Of a DNA stretch of 64,000 bases, positions 29,658 to 40,382 are shown in pieces (position 1 is the stretch's first letter; every line of letters starts with the position of its first letter). The stretch comes from Bradymonadia bacterium (GTDB taxonomy: Bacteria; Myxococcota_A; Bradymonadia; UBA7976; UBA1532). Under the pieces are notes generated by a model. The model was not told where the DNA came from, searched no databases, and saw only the letters and a program-made list of their open reading frames with translations. The translations under genes were made by a program, and so were the position numbers. The stretch spans positions 1-64,000 of the forward strand of contig JBKAGE010000074.1 in assembly GCA_046290225.1 (NCBI GenBank), read 5' to 3'.

Positions 29658-31061
29658 GTGAGCAAGATCGACGTCAACGACACTCAGACCTTCGTCGACC
29701 AGGTGTGGGATGCCACCATCGTGCCCACCCTGGTGGACTACATTCGCATCCCCAACAAATCACCTGACTTCGACTCGCAGTGGGCCGAGCACGGTTATAT
29801 GGACCAGGCTGTGGAGCTGATCTTCGGCTGGCTGCAACAACACAAGCCCGAGGACGCCACCCTCGAGGTGGTGAAGCTCGAGGGGCGCACCCCACTGATC
29901 TTCATGGAGATTCCTGGTCAGGTCGACGACACCGTGGTGCTCTACGGACACCTCGACAAACAGCCCGAGATGACTGGCTGGGCCGAGGGGAAGGGCCCAT
30001 GGCTGCCGGTCATTGAAGACGGCAAGCTCTATGGCCGCGGTGGGGCAGATGATGGCTACGCCGCCTTCGCTTCACTCACCGCCATCAACGCGCTCCGTGC
30101 TCAGGGTGTACCCCACGCCCGCTGCGTGATGATCATCGAAGGGTGTGAGGAGAGCGGCAGCTATGATCTGCCTGCGTACATCGATCATCTCGCCGATCGC
30201 ATTGGCACGCCGAGCCTCGTGGTGTGTCTGGACAGCGGCGCCGGCAACTACGCGCAGATGTGGAACACCACCAGTCTGAGAGGCCTCGTCGGCGGCACGC
30301 TTCGCGTCGACATTGTCCGTGAGGGGGTGCACAGCGGCGACGCCAGCGGCACGGTGGCTGACTCTTTCCGCATCATCCGCATGCTGCTCGACCGGCTCGA
30401 AGACCCCACGACGGGCCTCACTCGCCTCGACGCGTTGAAGGCCGAGGTGCCCGAGGCCCGCGTCCGTCAGAACGCCCTCGCCGCCGAGGTGCTTGGTCAC
30501 GGGTCGTTCCCCTTCGTCGAAGGTGCAGAGCCGGTGCACGCCGACCCTGCAGCGAACCACCTCGCCCGGACCTGGCAGACCACCCTGAGCATCACCGGCG
30601 TCGACGGCCTGCCACCCCTGGAGCGCGCGGGCAATGTGCTGCGACCTTTCACAGCGCTCAAACTGAGCATGCGCATCCCGCCATCCATCGACGGGGCGAC
30701 GGCCTACGCCGCGGTGAAGGCCGAGCTGGAGCGAGATCCGCCGTACGGGGCTCAGGTGAGCTTCGAAGGGGACTACGCCACGGGCTGGGACGCGCCGCCC
30801 ATGGCCGAGTGGCTGCACGCCAGCGCCACGCGGGCGAGCGAGGCGTTCTACGGCCAGCCGATGATGTACATGGGCGAGGGGGGCACGATCCCCTTCATGG
30901 GTATGCTTGGGGAGAAGTTCCCCGAGGCGCAGTTCCTGATCACGGGCGTGCTCGGCCCCGAGAGCAACGCCCACGGGCCCAACGAGTTCCTGCACATCCC
31001 GTTTGCGAAGAAGCTCACCGCGTGTGTGGTGCAGGTGCTCGCGGATCACGCAACTCGATAG
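29658..31061 (+). CDS. M20/M25/M40 metallopeptidase (dipeptidase-like)
   Basis: YGHLDKQP, GRGGADDG, EESGS, HSG, NAHGPNE. Confidence 0.92.
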   Translation: MSKIDVNDTQTFVDQVWDATIVPTLVDYIRIPNKSPDFDSQWAEHGYMDQAVELIFGWLQQHKPEDATLEVVKLEGRTPLIFMEIPGQVDDTVVLYGHLDKQPEMTGWAEGKGPWLPVIEDGKLYGRGGADDGYAAFASLTAINALRAQGVPHARCVMIIEGCEESGSYDLPAYIDHLADRIGTPSLVVCLDSGAGNYAQMWNTTSLRGLVGGTLRVDIVREGVHSGDASGTVADSFRIIRMLLDRLEDPTTGLTRLDALKAEVPEARVRQNALAAEVLGHGSFPFVEGAEPVHADPAANHLARTWQTTLSITGVDGLPPLERAGNVLRPFTALKLSMRIPPSIDGATAYAAVKAELERDPPYGAQVSFEGDYATGWDAPPMAEWLHASATRASEAFYGQPMMYMGEGGTIPFMGMLGEKFPEAQFLITGVLGPESNAHGPNEFLHIPFAKKLTACVVQVLADHATR

Positions 31062-31115
31062 AGTGACGTTTCGTTGCATAGGGCCATATCGCGATGAGCA
31101 GGCTGATGCCCGATC

Positions 31116-31760
31116 ATGAGGGGGCTACAATACATGAACACTTTGAGTATGCTCATCGCGACCGGGTACGCCCTCTGCGCCTTGGGAGGGTGTGGCGAGG
31201 TTGGTCACAGGTCGGCCGAGCACGGCGGGGAGGTTGAGTGGGTAGACTGTGGCGGCCTCAAAGCGAGGTTGACACCAGACCGCCTCGACGACATCGAAGG
31301 GTGCGACAGATACCTTGGCACCATTGAATTGAGCACCTTCAGTGACGAAGACTTTAAAGCGCTCTCTCGGCTCAAGCATGTGTCGCATCTCGCGCTGGTG
31401 AGCGAGGCCGGCCCGACTCCGTTCAAGGGGATGGAGGGCCTCGAAACGGTGGGTGTACTCTCGGTGCATTCTCATGTGATTGAATCACTGAAGGGCTTGG
31501 AGGGCCTCAAGGCGGCTGCGGTCGTGAGCATCGGCGGTTGCGAGCGTTTGCGTACCTTCGAAGGACTGGGCAATCTCGAAGAAGTCGGCAGCTTGACCAT
31601 TGTCCAGAACACGGCGTTGGCTGAGCTCGAGTCATTGACATCTTTGTCGAGCATCGAAAAGAACCTGCATCTCTCGCGGGTGCCTGCCCTCCCTCAGTCG
31701 CAAATCGATGGGTTTCTGGAACGCGTGCATGTCGAGGGTCATGTCTTTCTGCACCCCTGA
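31116..31760 (+). CDS. Receptor L-domain/leucine-rich lipoprotein
   Basis: Lipobox LGGC; repeated L.GL..L..V.SL.I..N..L. Confidence 0.7.
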   Translation: MRGLQYMNTLSMLIATGYALCALGGCGEVGHRSAEHGGEVEWVDCGGLKARLTPDRLDDIEGCDRYLGTIELSTFSDEDFKALSRLKHVSHLALVSEAGPTPFKGMEGLETVGVLSVHSHVIESLKGLEGLKAAAVVSIGGCERLRTFEGLGNLEEVGSLTIVQNTALAELESLTSLSSIEKNLHLSRVPALPQSQIDGFLERVHVEGHVFLHP

Positions 31761-31799
31761 TGGGCGAGCGTTAGAGGCCCTCACACAACGGTGGACCTC

Positions 31800-33752
31800 T
31801 TACTCACCCTCAGAAACGACCACTCGATCCACCCGCACATAGCTGATGTCGTGCCAGTACACCCGGGTCTCCATGCGATGCCCATCTCGGCCCGCCATAT
31901 CAAAATCCAGCTCGAAGCCCACATACTCGAAATCCCCTGGAAAAGCCGAGCGGGGCACATCACGCTGCGCCAGTACCTCACCGGTGTCAGCGTCATAGAC
32001 ATCGAGCGTCACCACGACCTCGTCGCGGGCGTTCGCCACATCCACCATCAGCTCGAAGCGGGCAGTGCGAGGCTCTGTCCCCCAGTCTTGAGCATAGGGC
32101 CCGAAGAGCATGTGACCTTCATCGTCGAGGGCTGTGGACGCAGACCAGCCATCCGCCTCGGCGCGGCCGAAGGGGCGTTGTAGATCTGACTCCGCTTCGT
32201 ACACCCAGGTACGCGGCTGGGGTGGGGGCTCTTCGTGATGCAATGTGAGGCGGCGTCGAGCCACGAAGCTGAGCGTGCCACCTTCTACGCCGTTGTGGAT
32301 CAAGCCACCACCCATCTCGATGGCGCCGTGCACCACGCACAGACAAATACCCGTGTCGTCGTTGTCTTCCGGGCCCACGTGGCTCAGGGTGAAGGCCCGG
32401 CCAGCGGTGTAGCCCGGGAAGGCACTCAGGCTGATGGGCTGCCCCGCCCAGGCCAGGATCACATCGTGGTCCGGCACCCCACCGGGCAAGGCGGCCCACT
32501 GACCTCGTGGCAACGTCGCCTCTCCATCACCCCACCGGAACGAGACCTGGCGCTGGTCCACGCGGCCATAACGATGCAGCCCCTTGAGCGGGTGGGCGTT
32601 GGGCCAGTCGGTCATCACGAAGCCCCCAATGAAGCTGAAGGGGCCGTCGAAGCGGGGGTTGCCTGCGGGGTTGCGGACCTGGACCAGCCGATCGAAGGCG
32701 TGACCATCTGCGGAGAGCGTATAGCCCGTACGCAGATACACCCGTCGCCGCATGCCGTCGGGGAACAAGAAGTCATCGTGGCAGTTGCGGCCCCGGCTGC
32801 TGCCGCCGAAGTCACCCTGCTTGGTGAGCGGGCCTTCGTACATCAGCCGGATCCCTCGGCCGTCATCGGTGAGGGCGATCTCGTATGGCGAGAAGTGCGT
32901 ATCCCAGCTGGGTGAGCCGTCGTTGCAGGCGCGCCACGCGGGGATGTCCGGATCTGTGTATCGGTGGGCTTCGCCGTGACTGTATTGCGCACAGAAGCGA
33001 CCCTCATCGGCGCAGTCTCGATCGTCGTCGGGCTCTGGCGTGCCGTTGGGGAACTCGATGTGCTCTGATCCCATATAGCCGCCGGGCCATCGGCCTTCAC
33101 CATGCTCGCCGACGATGAAGGTGTTCACCGGGCGATCACCGTCGAGCAGCACGAAGTCGAGGGCGCCGAGATCCCCGTTCAGGGTCCAGAGGCCGTTGAT
33201 CTTGCCGTAGAAGCCCGTCTCGTCGATCCACGCGATGTACCACTGACCCACGAAGACGCGGTCGAGCGGCGCAGGGCCAGTCTCTGCGTCAAGACCGAGT
33301 CCGTCGAGGGCGCGACGGACGAGATCATCGACATGTGCAGGTGGTACGCCAGAGAGATCGTGGATACGGGGCAAGCCCGGAGGCTGGCGTAAAGGCAATC
33401 TGGGATCGCAGTCGGGCACACCCTCACATGGATCGTCACCGGGCACGAAAGCATCGGGCATCGGCTCGGCGTCAAATGCAGCATCTGGAAGCACGACACT
33501 GGCGTCTGACATCGTTGTGGCATCTGCGATGAAGGCATCTCGCTCGCCGAGCCCTAGATCCTCAGCAGCAGGGGCAGCGTCTTCTTCCATGAGGGTGGTC
33601 GCATCAGTTGATGCATCGTGCCGAGCAGCCTGGGCGTCTCTGGCTACATGTCCGTCGAAATCATCGTCAGAGATCTCTTCTGTGCTGGCGCAGCTCACAA
33701 GGCAGACCAGTCCGAAGACGCTGATGCAGATCTGCCAAAAAGCTGCGCTCAT
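31800..33752 (-). CDS. Hypothetical lipoprotein with C-terminal CBM-like domain
   Basis: Lipobox LVSC, acidic DA-rich linker, C-terminal YEAE..FGPY..VTLDV..ETRVYW..VDRV module. Confidence 0.65.
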   Translation of the reverse strand: MSAAFWQICISVFGLVCLVSCASTEEISDDDFDGHVARDAQAARHDASTDATTLMEEDAAPAAEDLGLGERDAFIADATTMSDASVVLPDAAFDAEPMPDAFVPGDDPCEGVPDCDPRLPLRQPPGLPRIHDLSGVPPAHVDDLVRRALDGLGLDAETGPAPLDRVFVGQWYIAWIDETGFYGKINGLWTLNGDLGALDFVLLDGDRPVNTFIVGEHGEGRWPGGYMGSEHIEFPNGTPEPDDDRDCADEGRFCAQYSHGEAHRYTDPDIPAWRACNDGSPSWDTHFSPYEIALTDDGRGIRLMYEGPLTKQGDFGGSSRGRNCHDDFLFPDGMRRRVYLRTGYTLSADGHAFDRLVQVRNPAGNPRFDGPFSFIGGFVMTDWPNAHPLKGLHRYGRVDQRQVSFRWGDGEATLPRGQWAALPGGVPDHDVILAWAGQPISLSAFPGYTAGRAFTLSHVGPEDNDDTGICLCVVHGAIEMGGGLIHNGVEGGTLSFVARRRLTLHHEEPPPQPRTWVYEAESDLQRPFGRAEADGWSASTALDDEGHMLFGPYAQDWGTEPRTARFELMVDVANARDEVVVTLDVYDADTGEVLAQRDVPRSAFPGDFEYVGFELDFDMAGRDGHRMETRVYWHDISYVRVDRVVVSEGE

Positions 33753-33753
33753 C

Positions 33754-35667
33754 TCATTTCACCTCGGGCAAGGGGAGTGTCAGCACCTGGCCATTGGTCA
33801 ACCCCAGCGCAGCCATTCGCCCATTGGCCGACACCACTGGGGGGATGCTGCCCTCTCCAGAAACCTCAGCCTTGGCGATGACCTTGCCGTCGGCGGTGGA
33901 GATCGCCGTCAGGCGCTGAGTGTCGCCGTCGACATATTGCAAAAAGACCAGCACCCGGCCTTCCTGGGCGAGCACACCACGCAGCTGCCACTTCGCGAAC
34001 CTCATCGGTCGCCGAAGGCCCCTGTCGGGGTCGAATTCGAGCAATCGCTCCGGCTCTGCCGGGGGCCGCCAGCGATTCAGCCCGTTGCCGGCGTGAGTGA
34101 TGATGAGGGGGCCGTCTTTGGTCAGCGTCGCGGCGACGATCTTGTCTGTGGTGGTGTATGGCCCGAGCACCTTGCTCGCGGCGAGATCGACGGCTGCGAT
34201 GGTCGAGGGTGGGTTGCCGAAGTCAGATGATGGGGGCTCGAAATGCCATACGACAGGCACCCCCGACTCGGGGATATGGTTGTTGCCCAGCTTCGGCAAG
34301 TCGATCTTCTGAGCACCACTCAGGTCGGTCCACGCCTTTGAGTATTGATAGAGGTAGGGCACGCCACCTGCGAGATAGAGCTGCCCCTCTCCCTGAGCAA
34401 GGGCGCCAGTGTCCAGCCGAGTGCCGCCGGGACCGAACCGGAGCGCGCCGCCTGTGTGGCTGTGCGTGGCGACGACGTTGTGGGTGTCGCCTTCAGCATA
34501 GAGCGTAGTGTACGACCAGGACGCTGCTGTGAACCCATGGTGCAGATGCTTGGGCGCGCCCTTGAGGCCAAAGGCGTGCACACGTGCGCCGTTGGTGGCA
34601 GCCACCACCGTGCCATCATGGGTGAGGGCGACAGATGTGATGGGCCCCAGCAGCCGCGATGGCGTCTTCCAGACTTGAGCTTTGACGTCGAAGATGCCCG
34701 CCGAGCTGCCCCGGGCGACGAGCAGTGTATTGCCTGAGCCGGCGAAGACCTGAGGCATCTCGCCGATGATGATGGGCTCGGCATCCTTCGGCGCTGGCCA
34801 GAGGTGTCCGCGGTAGCCATCATCTGATTTGCGGACCAGCAGCCCCAGGTCGAGCTCGGCGATCAGCGCCCCCTCGATCTTGCCAACCTGTTCACCTGTC
34901 TTGAGCACGTGTAACTGCTGTGTGCCGTCGACCTCACACACGGCGTGTTGCTGATCACGGGTGATGTGGTGTGGCTCACAATTGAGTGATGCGGTTGTGC
35001 GCGTGGCGCCCTTGACGCCCATGAGGGTAGGCTTCCCATCGGCCTGCACCCACCAACCTGCCCCAGCCGGCAAAGGATCTGTCTCGAGCTGAGCGGATAT
35101 GCGCTGGGGGCGCTTGTCCTTGCCCACACGCCAGCGAAACCAGACGTTTTCACTGCTGTCGTGCAGGAGCACATCGTGCCCTGTGCCGGACCAGACGTGC
35201 AGATTGAAGTCGCCATCTGCCCAGAGCGAGCGCTCAGGCGACTTCTTGACGGACTTCAGCGTCTTGACCCAGTAGTCGCCCCCCCTGCACATGCCCGCGA
35301 CGTAGCCTCCGTCAGCGGAGAAGCTGCCGCTCTCTACCCCATCGCTGCACACCTCGAAGGTTTTTGCGGCGCCCTTCTTGTTGAACCGGGTCAGGCCACG
35401 GGGGGAGATGCCCCAGAGCTGCCCTTTGGGGGTGAGGGTCATATGGAAGAAGACATCGCCAGTGTTGCCCCGCGTGGCTTCGGAGGTTGTAAAGGCGGCG
35501 TCCCCCAGGACTCTGGGGGTCTTCAATGACATGTTCCATGTCTTCGGCGCGCCCCACCCGCTCTCCTGCGGTGCTGGATGAGCAGAGGCCGAGGTTTGGC
35601 CAGAGGCGTGCGTGGTGGCAAGGAGCGCAACCACACCCACTGCAAAAGGTGCCTTCGACATGCGCAT
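33754..35667 (-). CDS. Exported beta-propeller (WD40-like) protein
   Basis: Signal peptide; SFSADG, VALTHDG, VSANG blade motifs. Confidence 0.65.
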   Translation of the reverse strand: MRMSKAPFAVGVVALLATTHASGQTSASAHPAPQESGWGAPKTWNMSLKTPRVLGDAAFTTSEATRGNTGDVFFHMTLTPKGQLWGISPRGLTRFNKKGAAKTFEVCSDGVESGSFSADGGYVAGMCRGGDYWVKTLKSVKKSPERSLWADGDFNLHVWSGTGHDVLLHDSSENVWFRWRVGKDKRPQRISAQLETDPLPAGAGWWVQADGKPTLMGVKGATRTTASLNCEPHHITRDQQHAVCEVDGTQQLHVLKTGEQVGKIEGALIAELDLGLLVRKSDDGYRGHLWPAPKDAEPIIIGEMPQVFAGSGNTLLVARGSSAGIFDVKAQVWKTPSRLLGPITSVALTHDGTVVAATNGARVHAFGLKGAPKHLHHGFTAASWSYTTLYAEGDTHNVVATHSHTGGALRFGPGGTRLDTGALAQGEGQLYLAGGVPYLYQYSKAWTDLSGAQKIDLPKLGNNHIPESGVPVVWHFEPPSSDFGNPPSTIAAVDLAASKVLGPYTTTDKIVAATLTKDGPLIITHAGNGLNRWRPPAEPERLLEFDPDRGLRRPMRFAKWQLRGVLAQEGRVLVFLQYVDGDTQRLTAISTADGKVIAKAEVSGEGSIPPVVSANGRMAALGLTNGQVLTLPLPEVK

Positions 35668-35717
35668 GTCTCTCTTGAGGGTGAGGAAGGTGCGAGTGGG
35701 CACTTGGTATTCTGCGA

Positions 35718-36323
35718 TCAGGGGCACTCTGGGGTGCCGATGGGCGAGGTTTCCACGCAGGTACCGTTGAGGCCCCGGTTCTCCTCGCCGAAGAATCCGT
35801 CACAGCCATTGAAGCAGAACGGGCCAGTCCCAGAGATGCCCTCATCCGAGCATTCGTAGTGGCCACGGCAGTCACCGCCGAGCTCGACCTGCCCCTCGAA
35901 GGCCTCGGCGTTCTTGGTGAGGATGTCCAGGAACGAGGTGTCGCAGCTGCCCTCGAGCATGGTCACGACTTCAGCGCCCACAGAAGGGTAGAAGAGAAGT
36001 GTGCCTGCATCGACGGAGTCGAGGCGGTTGAGCCGAGTGGTCTGCGTTGCCATATCCGCAGCGAGTTCGGCGACACAGGCTGCTGCATCATCATGGCTGG
36101 GCTCGGCCTCGCAACGCTGATCGCGATCACACTCAGCCTGATCGTAGGCGCTGAGGTAGGCTTCGAGATCAGCTCTCGAGCCGGTGGCGTTGTTGCCGCC
36201 TCCAGCCCCGCCTGTGGCACCGCCGCTGCCTGCGCTGCCGCTGTCGTCGCTGCTGTCGTCGTCACAGGCAAGTGGGAAGGTGGCAAGGGCAAGGGTGAGC
36301 AGCAGGTTCACGGTACGGCGCAT
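35718..36323 (-). CDS. Cys-rich hypothetical lipoprotein
   Basis: Lipobox PLAC, G-rich linker, paired cysteines. Confidence 0.7.
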   Translation of the reverse strand: MRRTVNLLLTLALATFPLACDDDSSDDSGSAGSGGATGGAGGGNNATGSRADLEAYLSAYDQAECDRDQRCEAEPSHDDAAACVAELAADMATQTTRLNRLDSVDAGTLLFYPSVGAEVVTMLEGSCDTSFLDILTKNAEAFEGQVELGGDCRGHYECSDEGISGTGPFCFNGCDGFFGEENRGLNGTCVETSPIGTPECP

Positions 36324-36476
36324 GGCACTCTCTCGTCGACATGTGTAGATGTGCGGGTGTTTTTACCTGAACACAGGGGGTTCCATCTATGCCTTGTCAT
36401 CATTGATGCGCCGAGAGGACGATGATGCGCGTCGGTTGATGTAAGCTGACGCCCGCCGTACATCACAGGAGCGCCC

Positions 36477-37343
36477 ATGCAGACCCGCGCCATCGACACC
36501 GCTGATCGTGAAGGCCACCCGCTCTCGGTGTGTGAGCTCGACGCCACCGAGCTTGCCGACAACCCGCAGATTCTGACCGAGCTCTTCGAGGCGAAGATCA
36601 CCGCCGCGGTGGTCCGTGGCGCGCTGCCTCAGGCAGAGGCCCTTGCCGCGCGGATCAACGACGCTGGCCTCGCTGATTTGTGGGCCTCGCCCAACCAGGG
36701 CATGCCCGGAGGCGAGCTGAAGGTCATCGGTGAGGCCGCCACCCCCACCTTCACCAAGATGCAGGGCCCCACGGTCGAGCAATATGGCCAGGCGGCTCAC
36801 AGCCACGCCGCCACCATGGCTCGGGTCTTCGGCGACCTGGAGCCCACTGCGCAGATCAACCGGCTGTTCAGCGGGATGAGCGGAGGCCGCCCGGCGGCGC
36901 CGGCGCGCTTCGACGCCGAGGTGCCGTGGAGCCCTTACACTGTGCGGGCCCTCGGGACCGGGCAGCAGATCTACTCGCACCACGACATGCACTACTGGCT
37001 GTCGGTCTACGAGCGCCTGCCCGAAGATCTGGATCGCACCAGCCTCTTGAGCTGGTTCGTCACGGTGCAGGCCCCTGAGGATGATGGCCAGCTGACGGTC
37101 TACGGCCTGTGGGGCAGCGATCCGAACCCGCCGATGCTGCCCACGCGGTTCCTCGATACCCAGGCGTTGGAAGAGCGGTTCGGCAAGCACACCTTCGATC
37201 TGCGTGCGGGTGATTTGCTCGTCTTCGACTCGGGCCGGCACGTGCACCGGGTGACGCCGGTGAAGGGCGTCCGGCCCCGGCTTACCCTCGGCGGTTTCAT
37301 GACCCTGTCGAAAGATCGCGGCCGGTCGGCGTACTGGAGCTGA
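36477..37343 (+). CDS. Fe(II)/2-oxoglutarate-dependent oxygenase
   Basis: HHD (HxD), GDLLVFDSG..HRV.PV.G..PR.T; AGGAG SD. Confidence 0.85.
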   Translation: MQTRAIDTADREGHPLSVCELDATELADNPQILTELFEAKITAAVVRGALPQAEALAARINDAGLADLWASPNQGMPGGELKVIGEAATPTFTKMQGPTVEQYGQAAHSHAATMARVFGDLEPTAQINRLFSGMSGGRPAAPARFDAEVPWSPYTVRALGTGQQIYSHHDMHYWLSVYERLPEDLDRTSLLSWFVTVQAPEDDGQLTVYGLWGSDPNPPMLPTRFLDTQALEERFGKHTFDLRAGDLLVFDSGRHVHRVTPVKGVRPRLTLGGFMTLSKDRGRSAYWS

Positions 37344-38559
37344 GGGGGCTCGCCGGGTGTGTCACTGACACTGGGGTGAGCTGATCGCTCAGGGGGAGCG
37401 CATCGAGCGCGCGTGGTTGCGTGGGCTCGGGGACTGGTGTGCAGGTGGGTCCTGGCAACTGCTCTGCAAGTAATCGAGCAACGTTGGTCCAGAGCTGCGC
37501 GCGATCTTCAGCGTCTTTGACACGCTTGAACGCCCCCGGGGAAAGCATGACCAGCGTCGCCCCGGAAGGCCCGGCGACGACGTCTGACATCCGGCGCCCA
37601 CGGCGCACGCACGCTCGATCGCCGACGACGTCCTTGGGGTGCAGCACGGCGGTCGTGCGGCCCTCGACGCGGGCTTCCAGGGTGCCAGCCTCCAACACCC
37701 CGAACCATGTACCGATGTCGCCCTGCCGCATGACCACCTGGCCTGGCTGCAGCTGAATGCGTGTGGCGTTCTGCAGCATCTCTGCGCGTCCTTTGTCGGA
37801 CAAGCTGTCGAAGAGCTGCGCTTCGATCGCCTCGCTGGTACCCACTGCTTCGAAATACCGGCTCGGCAGATGCCCAGAGGCTTTCATTTGGGCAGCCCAG
37901 GCGACCCCTGCTTCGTCCCGCGGGCGCCCCATGGCCCGCCACGTTCGAAGCAGTGGTGAGCGCACGCGTCGCAAATGAGCTGCGTCGTGGTTTACGAGGA
38001 TCATGGCGATGAAGATCACCCCGTGTCGGGTATAGGGCTGCCCAATGGGCAAGAACCCGAGCCGTCTGTAGATCCGGGCGAGGGGCGGCTCGCAGTCGAT
38101 CAGGCACATGCGCCCGCGCTGGACGACCCCCAGCCCATAGACTGTGCTCATCAACACCAGCGAGGCCGCTGTCTTTCGGTGCTCGGGGGTCACCACAAGG
38201 TGGTGGCAGAGGAAGGCCGTGTCGGTGAGATCACCGAGCAGATCAGCGTCGAACTGAAAATCAGGGGCAAGCTCAGGCCGACGGACGAACAGGCTCATAC
38301 GCGTGGCTCGCAGTGCACCGACGACGCGATCGGTTTGGGTGTCAAGGACTGCGATGATCCCATCATCGGTGAGTTGCCCATGCTGAAACAGCGGTGCATC
38401 GAGCACATAGCGTGCGCGACCCAGCTCTTCTCCACGGATCGAGTCGAGCAGCGCCTGGCACTCCTGACGCCTGGCCTCGGTGTCGACGAGCAGCCCACGA
38501 TAACGGCCCCGCACCAGCGCCCACTGCAGACGCATCATGTCCATGAGCGACATGCCCAT
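37297..38559 (-). CDS. GNAT/FeeM-like acyltransferase fused to a cyclic-nucleotide-binding domain
   Basis: VVGALR, LVVTPEHR, CEP.L..IYRRLGF, then VMRQGD.G..V.G..A.L..DVVG..R.SDVVA (cNMP fold); coupled to the upstream stop. Confidence 0.72.
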   Translation of the reverse strand: MGMSLMDMMRLQWALVRGRYRGLLVDTEARRQECQALLDSIRGEELGRARYVLDAPLFQHGQLTDDGIIAVLDTQTDRVVGALRATRMSLFVRRPELAPDFQFDADLLGDLTDTAFLCHHLVVTPEHRKTAASLVLMSTVYGLGVVQRGRMCLIDCEPPLARIYRRLGFLPIGQPYTRHGVIFIAMILVNHDAAHLRRVRSPLLRTWRAMGRPRDEAGVAWAAQMKASGHLPSRYFEAVGTSEAIEAQLFDSLSDKGRAEMLQNATRIQLQPGQVVMRQGDIGTWFGVLEAGTLEARVEGRTTAVLHPKDVVGDRACVRRGRRMSDVVAGPSGATLVMLSPGAFKRVKDAEDRAQLWTNVARLLAEQLPGPTCTPVPEPTQPRALDALPLSDQLTPVSVTHPASPLSSSTPTGRDLSTGS

Positions 38560-40115
38560 CAGCCTCTCCCTTCGCTCAGGTGCACCACAGCTGGGGCGTT
38601 GGGTTGTCGAGCACTCGCAGGTGGCTCAGGTGCGTGATGTGCCGGGCCGAAGATGCGTCTGCAGCGCATGTTTGACTGCAGGCCCGCGACAAAAGCCGTC
38701 ATGCGCCTGCGCAGGCCTCTGTCAGCTCGGAAGGGGTAGGGGAAGTCGGCGATGTCGCCGCCCATGGCGGTGCAGAGTCGGGCCCATTCGGCCTTGTTCT
38801 GTGCCAGGAAGGCGTGCTCGTGGTGACGCTGCTCACACCGGGCGACTTTGGCGGCGAGGTGATGCACGATGATTGCTCGGGCATCCCGGTCAACACCGGC
38901 GACCAGCTTGAACAGCGCTCGATAGTCGTCACCGGAGAATCCCGAGGCGTTCGAGACCGATGGCAGCGCACCGGCAACGCGTTCGAAGGCGGCAGGCCGG
39001 TCGAGGTAGTACACGAAGAGATCTGCGAGAGTGCGGGTGATGGTGAGGTGACTCGCGAAGGGGATGCCCTCCTTCGCGTCCATGCCGCCATGGACCGGCT
39101 CGAAGTTGAAGGCCACGTGGCCCATGCGATCCACGAACATCCCGTTCAACTCAGAGGCACCCAGCAAGTGGCCGAGTCGCTCGGCCGTGGCAGATCGCTC
39201 GAAGCCGACGCAGCCCAGCAGCACATCGGCTTCGATCACGTCGCCAGAGGCCAGCGCGACGCCGTGGGGCAAGGCGTGGGCGACCTCGCCCTCGATGACG
39301 GAGAGTTTTCCGAACCGCTGGGCGATGAAATACAGATCCGAGACGGGTGGGATGGTCTTCTGGCTGTACGTGGCACCATCGACGAGCTTTGCGAGCAAAT
39401 CGGTGCGTCCGAGGGCTTCATAGGGCGCCTGCAGCGTGTCCAGCACATCCTGGCCCTTCCAGGCTAGGTGGTTGCAGATGCGCAGGCTGGCGATCTTCGG
39501 GGCCACGATGTTGACGCTGCGGGCCACGAGAGTCACCGACTCGGCCCCGTGCATCAGGGCCTCGCGGGCGTTCTCGATGGCGTAAGAGCCCATGCCGACG
39601 ATGACCACCTTTTGGCCTTCGAAGCACCGTGGATCGAGATCGTCCCCGATGCCCTGGGCGACGATGCCTTCGAATTCTGCTTCCCGGGGGATTGGGAGAG
39701 GCCGTGGCCGAGTCAGGGTGCCGGGCAGGATCGCCACACCATCAAAGCGCGATTGTGACGTGATGCCATCGCGGTCGAGGTGCAGTGTGCAGCCCTCGGC
39801 GTCCCGCTCGATGTGGGCCACCTCGGTCCCGAACTGAATGCGCTCGAGGATCCCCGTGGACTGGGCAAAGGCATGGGCCTCGGCGAGGATCTCGTCTCTG
39901 GGGGTGAAGTTGGTGGGGCCGTCTTTGGTGGGCCGTGACCAGAAGCCATAGTCCGAGGCGACCATCTGCACGCGGCTGTTTTGATTGGCGTAGGTGCGCC
40001 ATACGCCGCCGAGGCTCTTGGCTTTGTCGAAGATGATGATCTCGTGGCCCTGACGCTGTATGCGCTCGGCCCAGATGAGGCCACTGAACCCGGCGCCGAC
40101 GATGGCGATCTTCAT
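38559..40115 (-). CDS. Flavin-containing monooxygenase (FMO/BVMO-like)
   Basis: IAIVGAGFSG, GGVW, second Rossmann VVIVGMGSYA, EADVLL.C.GF. Confidence 0.85.
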   Translation of the reverse strand: MKIAIVGAGFSGLIWAERIQRQGHEIIIFDKAKSLGGVWRTYANQNSRVQMVASDYGFWSRPTKDGPTNFTPRDEILAEAHAFAQSTGILERIQFGTEVAHIERDAEGCTLHLDRDGITSQSRFDGVAILPGTLTRPRPLPIPREAEFEGIVAQGIGDDLDPRCFEGQKVVIVGMGSYAIENAREALMHGAESVTLVARSVNIVAPKIASLRICNHLAWKGQDVLDTLQAPYEALGRTDLLAKLVDGATYSQKTIPPVSDLYFIAQRFGKLSVIEGEVAHALPHGVALASGDVIEADVLLGCVGFERSATAERLGHLLGASELNGMFVDRMGHVAFNFEPVHGGMDAKEGIPFASHLTITRTLADLFVYYLDRPAAFERVAGALPSVSNASGFSGDDYRALFKLVAGVDRDARAIIVHHLAAKVARCEQRHHEHAFLAQNKAEWARLCTAMGGDIADFPYPFRADRGLRRRMTAFVAGLQSNMRCRRIFGPAHHAPEPPASARQPNAPAVVHLSEGRG

Positions 40116-40288
40116 GGCTGCACTTTGCCCTGAAGGTGAGCCGCTTCTGCCAGAATGGCTATGAGGGGGTAACCCAGACAGAGGAGGCGCATGTTGGACT
40201 GCTCCATATTGGTTCAGATCCTGGTGCGACAACGTGCTGTGAAAACCGCAGAATATGGCCTGACTATTTTCGAGGGGGATGCCAGATC

Positions 40289-40330
40289 ATGAGCAGGGCT
40301 ACCTATGAGATGAGCAGGGCTGCCTATGAG
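40289..40330. repeat. 21-bp tandem duplication ATGAGCAGGGCT(A/G)CCTATGAG x2
   Basis: Read directly; one mismatch; intergenic. Confidence 0.85.
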
Positions 40331-40382
40331 AGAGTAGTATGTGTAAATGGTGTATCTGTGTTGTTGTACGGGCTGAGCTGCT

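Noticed and set aside
40195..40225. Possible third copy of the regulator tail (DLNQYGA)
   Set aside because: Only weak similarity, no TCCAGCTT core and no stop codon at the expected position.
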